Part shown: piece after piece, positions 15,868 to 20,000 of the stretch
How the letters are laid out: every line of letters starts with the position of its first letter
Numbering within the stretch: the stretch's first letter is position 1
Source of the DNA: an uncultured virus (IMG/VR IMGVR_UViG_3300022902_000012)
Lineage: Duplodnaviria; Heunggongvirae; Uroviricota; Caudoviricetes
Reading direction: 5' to 3' (one strand)
Length of the DNA: 20,000 nucleotides
IMG/VR virus record: IMGVR_UViG_3300022902_000012
Location: 51,993 to 71,992 of that record
Program-made: the position numbers and the translations under genes
Notes under the pieces: model-generated
What the model was told of the DNA's origin: nothing
Seen by the model: only the letters and a program-made list of their open reading frames with translations
The model's database searches: none

Positions 15868-16208
15868 CAGGTATGCACACTCCAACCATCCTGCGGTGTC
15901 AAACAAACGGACAGGGTTGGTGCCCCACCATCTCCACCATTGTCATGCCGGCCATGCCAAATTAAACCGCCGGAAAACCAGTGACGATACTCTCCATCTT
16001 CCCCTCTCTGCTCCATTGCAAAGGAGAAGGACAGTGGCGCAAAGTCGGTACCGAGATGGCACCTGGTAGCCTCCGGATCTCCATGGCAGGCATACTCGGC
16101 GAGGTAAGTCAGTTCCCCCTCCAGCTGCTCCCTCATCTCTACCCCAAGCTTGTCCGCCGCGGCTCTCACCTCGGCCAGATACTCTTCACACCTATCAATT
16201 ATTAGCAT
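15867..16208 (-). CDS. DUF4120 family protein (113 aa)
   Basis: Start re-assigned to ATG 16208 (TAATG overlap). DFAPLSF.F......GGLIWHG......V.LTP..GWSVHT-stop matches the DUF4120 signature as I recall it. Confidence 0.8.
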   Translation of the reverse strand: MLIIDRCEEYLAEVRAAADKLGVEMREQLEGELTYLAEYACHGDPEATRCHLGTDFAPLSFSFAMEQRGEDGEYRHWFSGGLIWHGRHDNGGDGGAPTLSVCLTPQDGWSVHT

Positions 16209-16579
16209 TAGCTTACCACCCCATTGAGTTCTTTTATCAGGCCGAGGACAATACCAGTTACCTCGGCCGCTGACATTTGGGGACGTGCCCCCCATCGACC
16301 TTCTAATGCACTCATGAGAGACAGCTGACCAGCGATCCAAGAGGGCATCATCTCGTCCGGGGTCAGGTCAGAAATGAACACCGAGGGACGTCCTATTCGT
16401 GCCAAAGAGAACGGCATCTTCAGGACGACCAGCAGGTCAGCCTCGGGCACCTCTGTTTTGTCGTTGGCCGCCAGGTACCCTTTGACAGGTATCAGCAGAA
16501 ACTTGCAGTCACCACGGTCCACGATCAGGGAGAAACCTGTCTCCTTGGCGAGCATCCACATCCTTTGTGCATCAGTCAT
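16208..16579 (-). CDS. Hypothetical protein (123 aa)
   Basis: GAGGAGG SD; fits the gene tiling. Confidence 0.8.
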   Translation of the reverse strand: MTDAQRMWMLAKETGFSLIVDRGDCKFLLIPVKGYLAANDKTEVPEADLLVVLKMPFSLARIGRPSVFISDLTPDEMMPSWIAGQLSLMSALEGRWGARPQMSAAEVTGIVLGLIKELNGVVS

Positions 16580-16582
16580 GGG

Positions 16583-16993
16583 TTATTCCTCCTCGAGGCT
16601 GATGTTCATACGCAAGGACAAGGACTCATCGCACCCGGGGCACTTAATCTTACGGACAACCCTGGCCACCTTACGGACAGGCCTCTCCTTCTTCCGACGC
16701 CGTTCTACCTCAGCGAATGCTTGGGCAGGGTGCAGGAATGAATGTTCAATGGAATTGTGCCCCCCGTCACTGGTACGCACGGCAGGCTCTCCAAGATCGT
16801 CAGAAGGGGACGGGGGAACAAGAACGTCGTCTACCGTATCGAAGAAGCTCATGTAGACCTTGTTTGTTCCTTCCATCACGAAGAAGTAACGGAACATCCC
16901 CCCTCTGGTCATGCACACAGGCATCCCATAGATAGGCTTGCCACCCCACTCACCGACCTTGCGGCCGGCGGTCCTGGTTGTCTTTCTCCTCAT
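16583..16993 (-). CDS. Basic hypothetical protein (136 aa) with a C-terminal CPGC
   Basis: Open frame that fits the gene tiling. Confidence 0.75.
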   Translation of the reverse strand: MRRKTTRTAGRKVGEWGGKPIYGMPVCMTRGGMFRYFFVMEGTNKVYMSFFDTVDDVLVPPSPSDDLGEPAVRTSDGGHNSIEHSFLHPAQAFAEVERRRKKERPVRKVARVVRKIKCPGCDESLSLRMNISLEEE

Positions 16994-16997
16994 CAGA

Positions 16998-17129
16998 TCA
17001 CCAGGTTCCCGTACCTACACAGTTCAGCAGCCAAGGTTGTCGGCCCAACCATATCAGAGCGAACAACAACACCAAGGAGATCAGGAGCAGGCCCCAGATG
17101 TGCATGTCGCTGCGCTGCCGCGGTGTCAT
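16998..17129 (-). CDS. Small single-pass membrane protein (43 aa)
   Basis: Start re-assigned to ATG 17129 (ATGA overlap). Hydrophobic segment IWGLLLISLVLLFALIWL. Confidence 0.65.
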   Translation of the reverse strand: MTPRQRSDMHIWGLLLISLVLLFALIWLGRQPWLLNCVGTGTW

Positions 17130-17491
17130 AGGACCACCAGCCCAACCATAATCAGGAAGCCAAACCAACCGGCCGCGGCGAGCCAATAAGCCCGCCGGAC
17201 ATCCCCCTGCAGGACCTTGATGGTCCCTATACCATCACGCACGGCCGTCTCCTGCTCGCACAGGGACTCGTACATCTCCTCGTTTCCTACGAGTAGGCTA
17301 TCCCGGTTCACACGCACGGCTTCCAGCGATCCCCGAAGCCCCTTGTTCAGGCTCTTCAGCTCGGCAGCCTGCTTGTGGCATCGGCGTCCATCCTTACGGG
17401 CTGAGTTCAGCTCCCGCTCCAACCCTTGGATCATCTCATCACGGCGTAATGCCGCAGCCTCGTCTTTCTTCGCACGATTCCTCTCACTCAT
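17126..17491 (-). CDS. Coiled-coil protein with C-terminal membrane anchor (121 aa)
   Basis: Heptad-like L/E/K/R-rich region; C-terminal YWLAAAGWFGFLIMVGLVVL. ATGA overlap. Confidence 0.8.
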   Translation of the reverse strand: MSERNRAKKDEAAALRRDEMIQGLERELNSARKDGRRCHKQAAELKSLNKGLRGSLEAVRVNRDSLLVGNEEMYESLCEQETAVRDGIGTIKVLQGDVRRAYWLAAAGWFGFLIMVGLVVL

Positions 17492-17865
17492 GACAAGTCC
17501 TCTGCCTGCAATGCAGCTGTTAACTCAGCCAAGAAAAGACCAAAGTCCTCATATACCTGCCCAGGGTCTGATGACCGGTGTGCCCGCTGGCGGGCTGTAT
17601 TGTACGATCCTGGAAAGGCACCACTGAGGGTCATCTCCGAGAAGGCATTAGTCATGTTGTCAGGTAGAAGTAAGTGAAGGAACCAGACATGCAGATTGTG
17701 GTCCGAGTTGTTAGTGTCTGTCTCAGCTGCCAACAAGGTTATGTTGCGTATGGTCACAGGCATCCCGTATGGGTACCGACTCTTCGGGAACATCTGCTTG
17801 AACCGTTTGAACTGATCCCTGCAAGGATACAAGGAGGCCAGAGCTTCATGGGTGATGTGCCTCAT
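17488..17865 (-). CDS. Hypothetical protein (125 aa) with L.PC.DQ...F...FP..G..VT N-terminus
   Basis: ATGA overlaps at both ends. Confidence 0.8.
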   Translation of the reverse strand: MRHITHEALASLYPCRDQFKRFKQMFPKSRYPYGMPVTIRNITLLAAETDTNNSDHNLHVWFLHLLLPDNMTNAFSEMTLSGAFPGSYNTARQRAHRSSDPGQVYEDFGLFLAELTAALQAEDLS

Positions 17866-18062
17866 CGAACTAGCATCCTGTCGAGCAGCTCCCCGAACTC
17901 CCCGTCAATAGAGACGGGCTTGCCGGAGGTCTTGCGACCCTTCCCCTTCTTACCCTTCTTGCGGCGCTTCCACCTGTCCCGCCGATTCTTCTTCTCATTC
18001 AACCCCATGTCAGACAGGTCTTGGAAGACAGGGCCCTCTACTTCGGTCTTCTTCAGAGACAT
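17862..18062 (-). CDS. Small Lys/Arg-rich protein (66 aa)
   Basis: GAGGGG SD. Central KKNRRDRWKRRKKGKKGKGRK. Confidence 0.75.
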   Translation of the reverse strand: MSLKKTEVEGPVFQDLSDMGLNEKKNRRDRWKRRKKGKKGKGRKTSGKPVSIDGEFGELLDRMLVR

Positions 18063-18065
18063 GGT

Positions 18066-18407
18066 CTACCCCTCGATCCCGCGGATGAAGTTGATCATAT
18101 GAGACAGGGCCGCGGCATCCCCGTCGTACCTGAGCCTCAGCTTCTCCATCATATAGTTCGGGTGGATCCAGCAGCCCTGGGGCAACCACATGCTGGCGTG
18201 GAAATTGACCACGGATAGTAGATCATGGGCCGTGGGCTCGGTCATTGGCGCCAGAGTCAGGCACACCTCGTAGCTGGTGGCATTACCCGGCTCGTAGAGG
18301 AACATCCGGGTGTCTGGATGATGCAAGCGGCGTTGCTCATTGACTGGATGAAACATTTCAGCCAGCGCCTCATTGCAGATAGCAGTGTGCATGCTTGGAC
18401 GTGGCAT
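18066..18407 (-). CDS. Hypothetical protein (about 113 aa, MPRPSMHTAIC...YEPGNATSY)
   Basis: Start re-assigned to ATG 18407, 1 nt after the upstream stop. Confidence 0.75.
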   Translation of the reverse strand: MPRPSMHTAICNEALAEMFHPVNEQRRLHHPDTRMFLYEPGNATSYEVCLTLAPMTEPTAHDLLSVVNFHASMWLPQGCWIHPNYMMEKLRLRYDGDAAALSHMINFIRGIEG

Positions 18408-18408
18408 C

Positions 18409-19332
18409 CTACTTGCCCCCCCTGCCGACGAAGGTGTAGACCGGGCGGGCAACCTTGCCCGAAGCAAACCTGTTCCCTACCCTCTTCTGGACGAGCTCAC
18501 GGTCAATACGAACCTGCCCCATGGCAGGCCGGTGGCGCAGGGTGGGCTGCTGCTTCCCCTTCACATCCCCCCCCATCCCCAGCCTCATCTGCTCAACCTT
18601 CTCCTTCTCCTGCTCCTTGCGTGCACGTACCAGCTCAGCCCGGGCAGCTTTCTCGACCTTCAGTGCCCTGGCGGCCTGCCCCAGCACGTCATCCAGCATG
18701 GCCCTGCCTGCCTTGCTCATCCCTTTACGTACCCCAGGCCTGTCCAGCATCTTCAGGTCCCGCCCAGCCCTCTCCACGGCGTCCTGGGCAGCCATAAGGC
18801 CTGCCATCGGGCTGTCACCCCGGCTCCGAGCTGTCAACAGGCCTTGAGTCGTCACAATCTGACCTGCTTTCCCCGGGGCACGGGAGGCCACCAGCATGTG
18901 CTCAGCCTCCAGGTACCAGCCCAGAGCTTTCTCCAGCCCGCACAAGGCCGCATCCAACCGAACATCAGGCTCGGCATCCCACTTCTTGCGAGCCACCCAG
19001 ATTTCTTCAAGCCTCGCCTTGAATCGGGCCCCCCGCCTACGGATCGCGTGCATATCCTCAGAGAACCGGGCGTTCAGCGCATCCACGCGCGCCTCGATTT
19101 CCTCAGCGTCCCGCCGGCTCATCACCACCTGACCCACCTCGACATCCACAACAGGTGAGGGCAGGCATACGCCAGTAGCCTCAACATCTTGAGTCAGCGC
19201 AGGGCTGGTGCCCCTACACTCCAACGAATTATCCCCCATCACCCGGGGGTCTGCATCAACAGCAGCACTCTGCTGGGCCTGCTTAGTCACCTTACGGCGG
19301 AGCTGTACGCCCAGGGCCACGAATTTACACAT
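18409..19332 (-). CDS. Helical, basic hypothetical protein (307 aa)
   Basis: GAGGAG SD 7 nt upstream. Ala/Arg/Lys-rich, helical-looking. Confidence 0.8.
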   Translation of the reverse strand: MCKFVALGVQLRRKVTKQAQQSAAVDADPRVMGDNSLECRGTSPALTQDVEATGVCLPSPVVDVEVGQVVMSRRDAEEIEARVDALNARFSEDMHAIRRRGARFKARLEEIWVARKKWDAEPDVRLDAALCGLEKALGWYLEAEHMLVASRAPGKAGQIVTTQGLLTARSRGDSPMAGLMAAQDAVERAGRDLKMLDRPGVRKGMSKAGRAMLDDVLGQAARALKVEKAARAELVRARKEQEKEKVEQMRLGMGGDVKGKQQPTLRHRPAMGQVRIDRELVQKRVGNRFASGKVARPVYTFVGRGGK

Positions 19333-19338
19333 GGCATT

Positions 19339-19366
19339 TCTCCTCGATTGTTTTGAAGTACTACAG
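19339..19366 (-). repeat. Leader motif copy 1: CTGTAGTacTTCAAAACAAtcgAGGAGA
   Basis: Imperfect match to 19783-19806. Both copies lie directly upstream of consecutive start codons. Confidence 0.45.
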
Positions 19367-19378
19367 ATGAATCAGGTA

Positions 19379-19777
19379 CTACCCGTAAACGACAGAACCA
19401 AAAAGGCAGAGCTGGAGGAATACATCCCCCGTAGTGGCATCATCGTTCTCCGCCATGAAGTCACCCCAGTGGCGGGTGTACTTCTGCTGCATCAGCGCCA
19501 GCCCCTTCTCGATGGCGGCCTTGTCCAGCTTGTAGCGGCTGTCGGGGTCATCATCGGTGGAGAACACCACCGAGCAGCCCTCCACAAACGGGATCAGCTG
19601 CGACGGGTGCCAGTAGGTCTCTCCCGTCTGGCTCCCCCCCTCCTGGAAGTCCTTGTGGGTGAGGCCATCGCGCAGCTCTTCGCCGACGATCTGGTACCAG
19701 TAGTTGCTGCCGCCCTCCAGGGCACAGCACAACAGGCCCCGAATCTTGTCATCGGGAATGCTAATCTTGACGTCCAT
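19379..19777 (-). CDS. Conserved phage-type hypothetical protein (132 aa) with ALEGGSNYW ... DA..GD..LQ..LFG.VVYG motifs
   Basis: AAAGGAG SD. The terminal motifs recall a widespread phage family (from memory, like cluster A mycobacteriophage gp89); unverified. Confidence 0.85.
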   Translation of the reverse strand: MDVKISIPDDKIRGLLCCALEGGSNYWYQIVGEELRDGLTHKDFQEGGSQTGETYWHPSQLIPFVEGCSVVFSTDDDPDSRYKLDKAAIEKGLALMQQKYTRHWGDFMAENDDATTGDVFLQLCLFGSVVYG

Positions 19778-19782
19778 CTCTG

Positions 19783-19806
19783 TCTCCTTTGTTGTTGAAA
19801 CTACAG
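19783..19806 (-). repeat. Leader motif copy 2: CTGTAGTTTCAACAACAAAGGAGA
   Basis: Imperfect match to 19339-19366. Confidence 0.45.
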
Positions 19807-20000
19807 GCGATCCCAGTTGTACGGGCGGTTGACCATGTCAGGCTCATCGACCAGCTCTTCAGGCTCATGGTCGACGTAGGGGGGCACCACCCAGGTGTAG
19901 CCGTGCCGGCTGATGAAGATCACCCGTCCGGCCTCATGCAAGCGCTTGACGCAGGTGAACACAGCCTGCTCAAACTCCCCCCACCCCCCCCCCCTCCCAA
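19801..20000 (-). CDS. Hypothetical protein, 3' part only (...GEFEQAVFTCVKRLHEAGRVIFISRHGYTWVVPPYVD...YNWDRL)
   Basis: Open frame from the window edge to TAG at 19801. Confidence 0.65.
   Translation of the reverse strand, partial: GRGGGWGEFEQAVFTCVKRLHEAGRVIFISRHGYTWVVPPYVDHEPEELVDEPDMVNRPYNWDRL
19977..19998 (-). repeat. Poly-G tract G3-A-G11-T-G6 on the coding strand
   Basis: C11 at 19984-19994 and C6 at 19977-19982 on the + strand. Confidence 0.8.

Larger units (their letters stand above)
1..20000 (-). mobile_element. Segment of a probable large phage (or large conjugative element) accessory/early gene region
   Basis: About 43 co-directional, translationally coupled small genes, almost no intergenic DNA, no housekeeping genes, and several motifs typical of phage/plasmid hypotheticals. 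No hallmark capsid, terminase or relaxase in the window, so the element type is inferred. Confidence 0.7.

Noticed and set aside
16998..17491. Spanin or holin lysis cassette
   Set aside because: The coiled-coil protein's TM helix is C-terminal rather than N-terminal, there is no convincing lipobox, and no endolysin is nearby.
52..19798. Many long + strand ORFs (e.g. 2429-3307, 3144-4076, 4320-5210, 7984-8898, 18373-19158)
   Set aside because: They are antisense shadows of well-supported minus-strand genes in GC-rich DNA, with atypical composition (Pro/Ser/His-rich or codon-mirror) and no recognisable motifs.
7774..19803. Stop-codon reassignment (TAG or TGA recoding, as in some large phages)
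   Set aside because: Genes tile cleanly under the standard code. TAG, TGA and TAA all occur at gene ends followed by SD- or overlap-supported starts, and one TAG is directly followed by TAA (7771-7776).
1..20000. tRNA, rRNA, CRISPR array, IS element or intrinsic terminator
   Set aside because: The clear intergenic gaps are at most about 60 nt. I saw no cloverleaf, spaced direct repeats, transposase motifs or hairpin-plus-U-tract by eye; tRNAscan and Infernal were not run.

Overview
About 60% GC, almost fully coding window. It holds roughly 43 mostly short genes, all on the minus strand, packed head-to-tail with about 24 stop/start overlaps (ATGA/GTGA or TGATG/TAATG) and strong GGAG(G) Shine-Dalgarno sites. 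No virion, replication, integrase, conjugation or housekeeping genes are visible. The layout and content (many small acidic or Zn-ribbon hypotheticals, DUF4120-like and DUF7007-like proteins, several motifs I recognise from phage/plasmid hypothetical families) fit the early/host-takeover accessory region of a large phage, or the leading region of a large conjugative element (inference). The only clearly assignable enzyme is a cobalamin-binding radical SAM protein (2525-4097), split by a one-base frameshift at or near a G5 run. Other points of note: two paralogous N-terminal Zn-ribbon modules fused to unrelated C-terminal domains, a run of very acidic proteins, a sigma70-like promoter with a 19-bp spacer and internal dyad, and a short repeated leader motif. 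Family assignments are from motif recognition by eye, not database searches. Many start codons were moved from the ORF track to SD- or overlap-supported starts.
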